From Polyangiales bacterium (lineage in GTDB: Bacteria; Myxococcota_A; Polyangia; Polyangiales; Ga0077539), in contig JBGARZ010000022.1 of assembly GCA_044229975.1 (NCBI GenBank), positions 89,537 through 153,536 of the forward strand: a stretch of DNA of 64,000 nucleotides. Reading direction: 5' to 3'. The notes below the pieces were generated by a model. It was not told where the DNA came from and made no database searches. It worked only from the letters and a program-made list of their open reading frames with translations. Below are positions 38,910 through 47,551 of the stretch, one piece after another. How positions within the stretch are numbered: the stretch's first letter is position 1; each line of letters starts with the position of its first letter. Both the position numbers and the translations under genes were made by a program.

Positions 38910-40276
38910 CGCACCCGCTCGAACACCAGCGGCAGATCATCCATCCGCTTCGGAAACGGAACCATCTGCCGCCGCGGCGTCGCCCCTCCATCCGCCATGC
39001 GCCATCGATACGCCTTGAGCAGATGGAAGATCACCATCTTCGCTTGCAGCACCGCAAACTGCATCCCGATGCACGTGTGCGCCCCGCCCCCAAACGGAAC
39101 CCAGCAGAACCGATGGTTCTTGTGCTCAGCCCGCCCTTCGCTGAAGCGCTCGGGGTCGAACTCCCCCGGCCGCGTCCAGTGCTCCGGGTCGCGGTGGATG
39201 AAGGAGTTGTCGAGCCACACCGTGACGCCCGCCGGAATCACCGCGCCGTTGATCACGCACGCCCGCAGCGCCTGCCTCGGCAGCGTCGGCACCGGCGGGT
39301 ACAACCGCAGCGCCTCACGCAGCGCCATGTCGGCCAGCTTGAGCGCATCGACGTCCGCCATGGAGAGCTCGTCGCGGCCGAGCGCGTGTGCCTCCTCGCG
39401 CAGCTTCTCCTGCCACTCGGGGTGCCGCGCCAGCGCCTCGACCAGGGTGTTGAGCGCGCTCGTCGTCGTGTCGTGCGCCGCCATGAGCAGGAAGATCATG
39501 TGGTCGACGACCTCATCGTCGGAGAGCCGCTCGCCCTCCTCCGAAGCGTCGCGGCAGAGGTGCGAGAACATGTCCGCCCCTTCGCTCGCCCGCCGCGCCG
39601 GGATGAGCCCGCGCAACAGCTTCGCGAGGTACGCGCGACCCTGCAATCCCCGCCACTTCGCGAGCCCCGGAACCGCCCACGGCACCCACGCCACCGTCCC
39701 CAGCGTGAGGGCCGTGAAGGCCGCCGACACCCGCGCCGACTCATCCCCCAGCGGCATCCCCAGGAACACCGTCGCCGCCTGCTGGAGCAGCAGCCGCTTG
39801 ATGTGCGGATAGAAGCGCATCGCCTTGTCGGTGGGCCACGCGCGCGTCGCGCTCACCACCGACGGGTGCATCTGCGTCACGTACGACTCGACCGCCGATC
39901 GCTTGAACGCCGACTGCAACAACCTCCGGTGCAGCCGGTGGTCGTCGAAGTCGCGCAGCATCAGCCCGTTGGGGAAGAACTCCCCCAGGTTGGGCGTCCA
40001 CCCGCCGACGTTGGAGAAGTTCTTGTCGCGGTCCATGAGGATGAACTCAGCCGCGTCCGCCGTCTGGAACACCGCCCCCCACTTGAAGAGGATGTTGCTG
40101 CGCCAGACCTTGCCGTAGCGGGCGTTTTGCCGCTGCGACCATCCCTCCTGGTCGAGGAAGTACTCCACCGTCGACCCGAGCACCGGCCAGCCGTCGTGCC
40201 CCGGCAGGTGATCGAGCGGTCGCCGGGCAGATGGTTCGCGAGGCGTACGATCGCTCAAGGGCGTCGAGGTCGTCAT
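38906..40276 (-). CDS. Cytochrome P450
   Basis: AAHDTT I-helix, EALR, PERF and FGGGAHTCIG heme ligand. Confidence 0.95.
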   Translation of the reverse strand: MTTSTPLSDRTPREPSARRPLDHLPGHDGWPVLGSTVEYFLDQEGWSQRQNARYGKVWRSNILFKWGAVFQTADAAEFILMDRDKNFSNVGGWTPNLGEFFPNGLMLRDFDDHRLHRRLLQSAFKRSAVESYVTQMHPSVVSATRAWPTDKAMRFYPHIKRLLLQQAATVFLGMPLGDESARVSAAFTALTLGTVAWVPWAVPGLAKWRGLQGRAYLAKLLRGLIPARRASEGADMFSHLCRDASEEGERLSDDEVVDHMIFLLMAAHDTTTSALNTLVEALARHPEWQEKLREEAHALGRDELSMADVDALKLADMALREALRLYPPVPTLPRQALRACVINGAVIPAGVTVWLDNSFIHRDPEHWTRPGEFDPERFSEGRAEHKNHRFCWVPFGGGAHTCIGMQFAVLQAKMVIFHLLKAYRWRMADGGATPRRQMVPFPKRMDDLPLVFERVR

Positions 40277-40288
40277 CGGGCGCGTACC

Positions 40289-41056
40289 CTACACCGCCGA
40301 ACGCCGCGCGAAGCGATACAGCTCCGCCGGCCGGTGATCGACGCCGCTCTGCGCCCGCCCCGTCGCTTCGAGCTGCCCCGACGCCAGCATGCGCCGGCGA
40401 AACGAGTCCTTGTTGAGCGGCCGACCCAGCACCGTCTCGTGGACCCGTTGCAGCTCCAGCAGCGTGAAGGTCTCGGCCAGCAACTGAAACCCGACGGGTG
40501 CGTAGTCGAGCTTTCCGCGCAGCCGCTTCACTGCCATCCCGATGATGTCCGCGTGGTCGAAGGCCAGCGGCAGCACCCGGTCGTTTTCGTCGACCACCTC
40601 CACGGCGCCGCCCGTCTCGCCCTCCCACGGCACGCGGATGCGCGCCATGCGCACCGTCGCCTCGTCGGACATCGCCCGCTGGAAGCGCGCCTCGTCCACG
40701 AGCGCGTAGTACGCGATGGAGATCACCCAGGTGCGCGGGTCGCGACCCGGCTCGCCGAAGGTGTAGAGCTGCTCCAGATACACCCCGCTCAGGTGGGCCT
40801 TGCGCCGCAGCACGCCCGCCGCCGCCGCGTCTGGGTCGTCGCCCTTCTTCAAGAACCCGCCGGGCAGCGCCAGCTTGCCCTTGAAGGGATGCTCGGTGCG
40901 CTTGATGAGCAGCGTCGACAGCGCGCCCTCGATGGTCGCCACCAGCACCACGTCCACCGCCACCGAGGGTCGGTCGAACGCGCTCGCGTCGTAGCTCGCG
41001 AGAAACGCCGCCTCGCCCCCGTCCTTCGCGTCCGCCGGTCGAGGCCGCTTCGCCAT
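40289..41056 (-). CDS. nrtR: NrtR family regulator (degenerate Nudix plus winged HTH)
   Basis: RPSVAVDVV, ALPGGF, YLEQLYTFG.PGRDPR, LAFDH, FTLLELQRVHE, FRRRM and HRPAELY. The Nudix glutamates are lost. Confidence 0.9.
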   Translation of the reverse strand: MAKRPRPADAKDGGEAAFLASYDASAFDRPSVAVDVVLVATIEGALSTLLIKRTEHPFKGKLALPGGFLKKGDDPDAAAAGVLRRKAHLSGVYLEQLYTFGEPGRDPRTWVISIAYYALVDEARFQRAMSDEATVRMARIRVPWEGETGGAVEVVDENDRVLPLAFDHADIIGMAVKRLRGKLDYAPVGFQLLAETFTLLELQRVHETVLGRPLNKDSFRRRMLASGQLEATGRAQSGVDHRPAELYRFARRSAV

Positions 41057-41072
41057 CGCGCGGAGTGTCGCT

Positions 41073-41972
41073 TCAGCCGCGCACGAGGTGCAAGCGCTGC
41101 GGCGCCACGGCCACCTCCACCCGAACCCCGAAGCCGAACTCCAGCCGGTCGCCTTCGATGCCGTCACCGAAGATCGTCCCGTCGTCGTCCATCTCCGAGC
41201 GCAGCGAGAGGGCGGTGTGCTCGTCGAGCGTCCCGGCCTCCAGCGACGTCGATGTCGATACGCTCGGGAAGGGCTCGCGCACGAAGTACACGAGCCTGCG
41301 GTCGCTGGGCGTCGGCATCCACGCGATCTCGGCCCGCTGCCGCGCGATGGAGCGCGCCCACCCGGTCGACCCGGTGCCCGTCGCGACGATGACGCCCGAC
41401 GATGAGTGCGCCTCTTCTCGCCCACCGTGCGTGATGCGGTAGCGCGCCGACTGATGCCCGCGGTGCCCGACGAAGACCTCGTTGAGCGCGAGCAACCGCT
41501 GACCGTCGTCGAGCCGCGCCTCCACCATGGTGCGCGCCTCGACCTTCGCCCGACCGCTCGCCGCGATGGGGAGCAGATCGCGCGCGGCCTCGGCGGGGTG
41601 CGCCGCGAGAACCCCGTCGTAGGCGCTCGGGTCGGGGTTGACCCCGATGACCGCTTGCCCGCCGAGGTACTTCGCGACGTTGGCGACGAGGCCGTCCTGC
41701 CCGACGACCACCACCACGTCTTCGGGCCCGAAGACGAAGCGGCTCAGGTCGCTGCGGTCGACCCGCGCCCGCCGCCACCGCAGCGGAATCGCCCCGAGCA
41801 CCGTCTCCAGCGCCGCGTTGCGCCGGTGCTGCCGCTCGACGATCTCATCCACGCCGCGGCCGCGTTGGAGGAGGAAGTGCCGCGCCTGCTCGCGGGTGCC
41901 GTGACGAGCGACCAGGGCCTCGTACTCGGTGGGTCGCGTGACGACGACCACCCGCGGCGCGACGGTGCTCAC
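41073..41972 (-). CDS. NAD kinase-like protein (NrtY-type)
   Basis: VVGQDGL (GGDG variant), GVNPDP, LALNE and SSSGVIVATGTGSTGW. Confidence 0.85.
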   Translation of the reverse strand: MSTVAPRVVVVTRPTEYEALVARHGTREQARHFLLQRGRGVDEIVERQHRRNAALETVLGAIPLRWRRARVDRSDLSRFVFGPEDVVVVVGQDGLVANVAKYLGGQAVIGVNPDPSAYDGVLAAHPAEAARDLLPIAASGRAKVEARTMVEARLDDGQRLLALNEVFVGHRGHQSARYRITHGGREEAHSSSGVIVATGTGSTGWARSIARQRAEIAWMPTPSDRRLVYFVREPFPSVSTSTSLEAGTLDEHTALSLRSEMDDDGTIFGDGIEGDRLEFGFGVRVEVAVAPQRLHLVRG

Positions 41973-42985
41973 CGCGCCCTCGGCAGCTCTCCTCGCGCGG
42001 TGAGGCTGGCGAGCAGCGGCGTGAGCATGTCGGGCGTGATGGTGAGGTGCTCGATGCGCTGTAGCTTGGCGGCCAGCTCCTGCGCTGCGAGGGCGATGAG
42101 AACCTCCGGCGGCATCGTGCGCTGCAACTCCAGTCGCTCGCGTTCGAGAGCCAGCTTCGCGCCGTCGACCACCGTCAGCGCCGCCGCGCGCGCCTCGGAC
42201 TCCACCCGCGTCTGCGCCGCCTTCGACGCGACCGCGATGCGCTCCGACTCGGCCTTCTCGGTGGCCTCGCGCTGGGCATTCTGCCCGCGCTGATCGATGA
42301 GCTGCGTCTCGCGCCGGGCGAGCTCGATCTGGTTCTGGAGCTCGTTTTCCTGGATGGCGCGCTCCTTGTCGACGGCCTGCGCGCGCCGCCGAAACGCCGC
42401 CTCGTCGGCCTCTTCCTGCACCCGCTCACGGGTGGGCGCTTCGAGCGCTCGCTCGACCTCGGGCAATGGCTTCACCGGCTCGACGCGCACCGACACCACC
42501 TCGACGCCGAGGTCGGTCAGGAGGTGCGACGACGCGAAGCCATCGGCGATGGCGGCGCGCAGCGGCTCGGGGCCCTGGGCGAGCAGCTCACGCAGCGGGG
42601 CCGACTGAACCCGCGCGACGCTGTGCTGCTGGGCGATCTGCGCGAGGGTCGAGGCGATGGCTTCGAGGGGCTGCTTGAGGTGTGTTCCGCGGCGGGCGTC
42701 GATGGAGAAGTCGACGCGCTGCGCGGCCTGCACCGGGTCGACGATGCGCCAGGTGACGCTGCCCTGGACGAGCACGTCCTGGAAGTCGGCCGTGCGCCCA
42801 TGGAAGGCCATGGCCGCCTCGCGGTCATCGAGCGGCACCTCCGCGAGGCTGGCCGACCACGGCGAGAACCAGAACGACAGCGCCCGTCCGCTCTGGAGCA
42901 GCGAGCTCCCGCGGTACCGCAGCACGTGGCTCGCGCTCTCGGCGCGAAGGTGACGAAACGGACCGAACCCGGTGATGTCTGCCAT
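41969..42985 (-). CDS. SPFH/Band 7 domain protein (NrtX-type)
   Basis: TADFQDVLVQGSVTWRIVDP SPFH core followed by a flotillin-like coiled coil (RRAQAVDKERAIQENELQ); AGGAG RBS. Confidence 0.88.
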   Translation of the reverse strand: MADITGFGPFRHLRAESASHVLRYRGSSLLQSGRALSFWFSPWSASLAEVPLDDREAAMAFHGRTADFQDVLVQGSVTWRIVDPVQAAQRVDFSIDARRGTHLKQPLEAIASTLAQIAQQHSVARVQSAPLRELLAQGPEPLRAAIADGFASSHLLTDLGVEVVSVRVEPVKPLPEVERALEAPTRERVQEEADEAAFRRRAQAVDKERAIQENELQNQIELARRETQLIDQRGQNAQREATEKAESERIAVASKAAQTRVESEARAAALTVVDGAKLALERERLELQRTMPPEVLIALAAQELAAKLQRIEHLTITPDMLTPLLASLTARGELPRAR

Positions 42986-43010
42986 GGCGTCTCCTACCCC
43001 TCCCTCGTGG

Positions 43011-43055
43011 CTTACATGCGAGATACATATATGCCATGTGTTGATAAGTCAACAC
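43011..43055 (-). promoter_or_regulatory. AT-rich promoter with palindromic operator candidate(s)
   Basis: Perfect dyad GTGTTGA-TAAG-TCAACAC (43038-43055) overlapping TTGACT on the minus strand, plus an imperfect dyad at about 43013-43031, upstream of the SPFH-NADK-nrtR operon. Confidence 0.6.
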
Positions 43056-43096
43056 GGCGGGAATTCAAGCCTCCCAGGCTCGCTCCGAGGCGCCGG

Positions 43097-44593
43097 TCAC
43101 CGCGTCCAGCGGTGCCACTCCTCTTCGTAGGTTCGGACGAGCACCTGGTTGTTGAGCCGGTTGACCTCCGACGGGAGCCTCGCCATGTCCGGCGCGAACA
43201 CCCCCATCGAGGGCCACGCCGCCGCCGTGAAGTAACGCAACCCTGTCGGCAACATTCCCATCGCGCGCTCGTCACCACCGCGCCGCGCGAGCACGTACCC
43301 CCACTCGCCAAACGACGGAACGAACGCGTGATACGGCCGCGCCCGCAACCCCGACGCCTCCATGGTCGTCACCACGCACCAGAACGACCGCCGCGCCACC
43401 AGCGGCGACGTCGCCTGCACCACCACCACCGAGTCGTCTTCGAGGTGCCTCCCCAGCAGCCGGTAGAAGCGCGACGTGTACAGCTTGCCCAGTGAGTAGT
43501 TGTTGGGGTCGGGGAAGTCCACCACCACCACGTCGAAGCGCGCGCTCGCGTCGCGCTCCAGCCACACCATCGCGTCGTCGTGGACGACCCGCACCTTCGG
43601 CGACCACAGCGACGCCCCGTTGAGCCGACGCAGCCACGGCGCCTCGCGCGCGAGGCTCGTCATCCCGGGGTCGAGGTCGACCAGCGTCACCGCCTCGACG
43701 TCCGGGTACTTCAGGATCTCCCGCACCGCGAGCCCGTCGCCGCCGCCCAGCACCAGCACCCGCCCGCGCCTCGCCGCCGACGCCATCGCCGGATGAACGA
43801 GCGCCTCGTGGTAGCGGTACTCGTCGCTCGACGCGAACTGGAGGTTGTTGTCGAGGAAGAGGTTGATGCCGCCGTGGCCACGCGTGACCACCACCCGCTG
43901 GTACGCCGTCTGCCGCGCGAAGATCACCGGGTCGGTGGACACCTCCTGATCGGCCGCCCGCGTGATGCGCGGCGAGAGGGCCGCCAACGTCGCCAGCGCC
44001 GCGAGCACCGCCAGCGCACGCCACCGGATCGCGCGCGGGGCGTCGAGCTCGTTGGCGAAGACCCTCAGCGCCAGCAGCGCCGAGGCTGCGTTGAGCGCGC
44101 CGAAGAGGATGCCCGTCCGCACCGCGCCGACGCTCGGCAGCACCACCAGGGAGAAGAGCAGCGACGCCACCAGCGCGCCCGCGTACTCCACCGACATGAC
44201 GCCCGCGAGCAGCTCCGAGAGCTTCGCCCGCCGCCGCAGCAGGCGCAGCAGCAGCGGCACCTCGGCGCCCACGAGCACCCCGTTGAGCAGCACCAGCGCG
44301 TAGAGGACGACCTCCGTCCGCGACCCCGCGAGGAAGATGCACGGAACCGTCGCTCCGCCCACCAGCGCCACCGCGAGCTGGCAGTCGACGAGGCGCCGCG
44401 CGAGCTGTCCATCGACGTAGCGGGTGAGCCACGCGCCGACGCCCATCGCCGAGAGGTGCAGGCCCACCACCACCGCGAAGCGCAGCGTCGTGTCGCCCAG
44501 CAGCAGCGCCCCGGTGGCGCCCGCGAGCAGCTCGAAGACCAGGCCGCAGGTCGAGACCAGCAGCACCGTCAGGTGGAGCAGCAGCGACGCCAC
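43097..44593 (-). CDS. speE: Membrane-bound polyamine aminopropyltransferase (spermidine synthase with N-terminal TM domain)
   Basis: About 7 N-terminal TM helices; YQRVVV, DEYRYHEALVHP, LGGGDG, VDLDP, DFPDP and VPSFGEWG. Confidence 0.9.
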   Translation of the reverse strand: MASLLLHLTVLLVSTCGLVFELLAGATGALLLGDTTLRFAVVVGLHLSAMGVGAWLTRYVDGQLARRLVDCQLAVALVGGATVPCIFLAGSRTEVVLYALVLLNGVLVGAEVPLLLRLLRRRAKLSELLAGVMSVEYAGALVASLLFSLVVLPSVGAVRTGILFGALNAASALLALRVFANELDAPRAIRWRALAVLAALATLAALSPRITRAADQEVSTDPVIFARQTAYQRVVVTRGHGGINLFLDNNLQFASSDEYRYHEALVHPAMASAARRGRVLVLGGGDGLAVREILKYPDVEAVTLVDLDPGMTSLAREAPWLRRLNGASLWSPKVRVVHDDAMVWLERDASARFDVVVVDFPDPNNYSLGKLYTSRFYRLLGRHLEDDSVVVVQATSPLVARRSFWCVVTTMEASGLRARPYHAFVPSFGEWGYVLARRGGDERAMGMLPTGLRYFTAAAWPSMGVFAPDMARLPSEVNRLNNQVLVRTYEEEWHRWTR

Positions 44594-44600
44594 GCGCGGT

Positions 44601-46079
44601 CTACTTGCCCCCGAGACCCCCGAGACCCCACGACGATCCGTGGCCGCCGCCGGCTCCCGGGCCATTGTCATCGTCGTCGTCGGCGCTGGCGAACAAGAAC
44701 ACCAGCAGGATGAACCCGCCGATGACCGCAAGGACCGTCCCCCACGGTATCGCGCGGCCCGACCCGCGGTCGAACGCGTTGACCATCGTGGGGTTCCACG
44801 CGGTCTCGACCACCGGCGTCGGTAGGGCCAGCGCGTGGAAGAGGGCCGCGGTCGTGATGGGCTCGCCGAGGGTCCAGTTGCGCTCGGTGGCAGTCTCCTC
44901 ACACGACAGCACGAAGCGACCCCACGCGTAGTCGCGCGTCTGCACCTGCTCGCCCACCGTCACCCGCCAGTAGAACTCCCCGAGCACCCGGTCGACCACC
45001 GCGATGCCCTGGTTGCGCATGAGGTACGCGCCGCTGTTGAACATCACGCACTGTGGCATGCGCGACACGTCCACGTTTCCCGCCGGGACGGGCGTCGCCA
45101 TCCGCCAAACGCCCTCGTCCTCGATCACCCACCGATAGCCGCCGTTGGGGCTGTAGAGAAGGTATTCGCTCCACCGGAAGCGCTCGCCCTCGATGGTCGT
45201 CGAGCGCTCCAGGTACCCGATGACCGTCCACTCGACGCCGGAGAAGATCCCGCGCGAGCCCAACGGAATCTTCGGCGACGAGCGCGCCGCGTCCTGCCGG
45301 GCGACGACGGCGTGCGTCTCGTGGTCGGCGATGGCGTTGCAGTACGGACAGACCACGTGCAGCGCGCCGGGGTCGATGCGCGCCGGAAGATCGCCGCCGC
45401 AGTTGTTGCAGCGGATGGTGGTCATCGGCACGGCCTGCACGGGCGCGACCCCGACGCGGGCCTGGAGGTGCAGGTCGGCCCGCTCGATGGCGCGACCGAC
45501 AAACACCTGGTGCCGTCCGCCCTCTTCGACGTAGTGAACCGACGCGAGCGCGCCGTGCGGCCCCGACAGGTCGACGAAGCCCAGGTGCTGCCCGATCTTC
45601 GCGACGAAGGGCAGCTCGCCCGCCGCCGACTCGAACACCCCGCTGCTGGCCTCGGTGACCACGAAGTCACCGTACGAGCCGAGGCGCACCGGCTCGCCGA
45701 CGCGCACGGAGTTGTACGGACGGACCCACACCTCGCGGGTGAGCGCGACCTCCGCCCAGCGACCCTGGGCGGTGTTGACCCACGACCACGATCCGTCGTC
45801 GTAGCGGAGGTGATACTCCTCCCACGAGCCGCCCATCGGGTGGCGCAGCACCACGCGGCCGAGCACCTCGAAGCCGCGGCCGCCGAGGGTCCCGCGGTCG
45901 GCGAGGGCGAGCGAGTGCTCGGTCGCGGCGACGTCGGAGATCTTGCCGAGGGGTTCGAGCGCGCGGTCGGTGCGCACCACGAACTGCCCGCAATGGCCGC
46001 ACACCTTCGTCAGCGACGAGCCGCTGCGAAACTCGATCGGCGCCCCGCAGTTGGGGCACTGTCCTCCGGCGACGGGCAT
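44601..46079 (-). CDS. Double Zn-ribbon/DUF4178 protein with C-terminal TM helix and Gly-rich tail
   Basis: CPNC..CGHC and CNNC..CPYC ribbons, each followed by a W.EY DUF4178 module; tail GGGHGSSWGLGGLGGK. Confidence 0.85.
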   Translation of the reverse strand: MPVAGGQCPNCGAPIEFRSGSSLTKVCGHCGQFVVRTDRALEPLGKISDVAATEHSLALADRGTLGGRGFEVLGRVVLRHPMGGSWEEYHLRYDDGSWSWVNTAQGRWAEVALTREVWVRPYNSVRVGEPVRLGSYGDFVVTEASSGVFESAAGELPFVAKIGQHLGFVDLSGPHGALASVHYVEEGGRHQVFVGRAIERADLHLQARVGVAPVQAVPMTTIRCNNCGGDLPARIDPGALHVVCPYCNAIADHETHAVVARQDAARSSPKIPLGSRGIFSGVEWTVIGYLERSTTIEGERFRWSEYLLYSPNGGYRWVIEDEGVWRMATPVPAGNVDVSRMPQCVMFNSGAYLMRNQGIAVVDRVLGEFYWRVTVGEQVQTRDYAWGRFVLSCEETATERNWTLGEPITTAALFHALALPTPVVETAWNPTMVNAFDRGSGRAIPWGTVLAVIGGFILLVFLFASADDDDDNGPGAGGGHGSSWGLGGLGGK

Positions 46080-46172
46080 ACCTTGGGTCTACGGAGGGGA
46101 GAGCCCGCGAGGGTCTCGTGTCAAGGCGTTTGCCTCGCGCGGTCGAGTCCGACTATCCCTCGACGGCCCCCC

Positions 46173-46517
46173 ATGTTCGTCGGAACCGAGTGCCTCGTCG
46201 ACGCCTCCGGCTGTGACCCGACCGCGCTGCGCGACCTCGCGCGGGTGAGGGCGCTGCTCGACCGCGTGGTGCGCGAGCTCGACCTGCACCCGGTGGGCGA
46301 TCCCATCTGGCACGCCTTCGACGGAGAGGGCGGCGTCACCGGGATGTACCTGCTCTCCGAGTCGCACCTCACGGCGCACACGTACCCGGAGTGGGGCGTC
46401 GCGACCTTCAACCTGTACTGCTGCCGACCACGTGATGCGTGGCCCTGGGACGAGGTGCTGCGCGCCGCCCTCGGAGCCACCGCCGTCAGCGTGCGGGCCG
46501 TGTCGCGCGGGGCGTAG
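46173..46517 (+). CDS. speD: S-adenosylmethionine decarboxylase proenzyme
   Basis: GGVTGMYLLSESHLTAHTYPE (E-S self-cleavage site) and YCC. Confidence 0.92.
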   Translation: MFVGTECLVDASGCDPTALRDLARVRALLDRVVRELDLHPVGDPIWHAFDGEGGVTGMYLLSESHLTAHTYPEWGVATFNLYCCRPRDAWPWDEVLRAALGATAVSVRAVSRGA

Positions 46518-46554
46518 CAACGCCGGTCGCATCCGTGCGATCGTGCGCCCCACG

Positions 46555-46770
46555 ATGAACGGACACCTGCTCAACGCCCTCGTCGCAGCCGCCGCCTTCT
46601 CGCTGCTGGGCATCGTGCTGATGGCGCTGACCTTCTTCGTGATGGTGAAGCTCTCTCCCTTCTCCATCCGCAAGGAGATCGAGGAAGACCAGAACATCTC
46701 GCTCGGCATCGTCATCGGCTCGATCATGGTGAGCGTCGGGCTCATCGTCGCCGCCGCCGTCCACTCGTAA
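46555..46770 (+). CDS. DUF350 small membrane protein
   Basis: Two TM helices joined by SPFSIRKEIEEDQNISLGI. Confidence 0.88.
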   Translation: MNGHLLNALVAAAAFSLLGIVLMALTFFVMVKLSPFSIRKEIEEDQNISLGIVIGSIMVSVGLIVAAAVHS

Positions 46771-46779
46771 GTCTGCGCG

Positions 46780-47466
46780 GTGCGCCTGCGGTCGGCGTCC
46801 ATCCTGGCGAGCGTCTTCGTGGTGGCCACCTGCGGCCTCGTCCACGAGCTGCTCGCCGCGACGCTCGCGAGCTATGTGCTGGGCAACTCGGTGCGGCAGT
46901 ACGCCCTCGTCATCGGCCTCTACCTCTCGGCCATGGGCGTCGGCGCCCTCCTCTCGCGCCGCGTCTCCGTCGGGCTCGCGCGCTGGTTCGTCGGCGTCGA
47001 GCTCGCGTTGGCGCTCGTCGGTGGTCTCTCGGTTCCCGCGCTGCATCTGCTCTTCGGCCACCTCGCGTCCTTCGGCCCGGCGCTCTACGCCGTGGTCATT
47101 GCCATCGGCGTCATGGTCGGAACCGAGCTCCCGCTCCTCATGCGCCTCCTCGACGACGACCTCTCCTTCCGCGAGCTCGTCTCCCGCTCTCTCCTCGCCG
47201 ACCACATCGGCTCGCTCGCCGCCGCGCTGCTCTTCCCGCTCGCGCTCGTCCCCTACGTCGGCCTGCTGCGAACGGGCGTCCTGGTGGGCCTCTGCAACGC
47301 CGCCGTGGCGCTGTGGGGCGCGTGGTTTCTGCGCGCGTCGCTGGGCCGCGCCTCGACGCCGCTGCGGGTCGTCGGGGTGCTGGTGGCGCTCACGCTCGCC
47401 GCCGCGTGGCGGTGGAGCCCGCTGGTCGAAGCCCACGCCGAGCGCGTGATGGATGCCGTGGGATGA
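46780..47466 (+). CDS. Stand-alone TM domain of membrane spermidine synthase (no catalytic domain; possibly a truncated gene)
   Basis: ATCGLVHELL, GLYLSAMGVG and GTELPLLMR parallel the N-terminus of 43097-44593; stops where the catalytic domain would begin. Confidence 0.75.
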   Translation: MRLRSASILASVFVVATCGLVHELLAATLASYVLGNSVRQYALVIGLYLSAMGVGALLSRRVSVGLARWFVGVELALALVGGLSVPALHLLFGHLASFGPALYAVVIAIGVMVGTELPLLMRLLDDDLSFRELVSRSLLADHIGSLAAALLFPLALVPYVGLLRTGVLVGLCNAAVALWGAWFLRASLGRASTPLRVVGVLVALTLAAAWRWSPLVEAHAERVMDAVG

Positions 47467-47551
47467 GGCGGTTTTGTGGAGGTCGCTGGGGTTCGGGCGT
47501 TGGCCCTCACCACCAGGCAACAACGGCATCGACCCCGAAGTGGGCAGTGGG

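Noticed and set aside
47464..47551. Stop readthrough or frameshift restoring a full second speE
   Set aside because: I found no SpeE catalytic motifs (YQ, YHE, GGGDG) in the short stretch before the oxidase gene.
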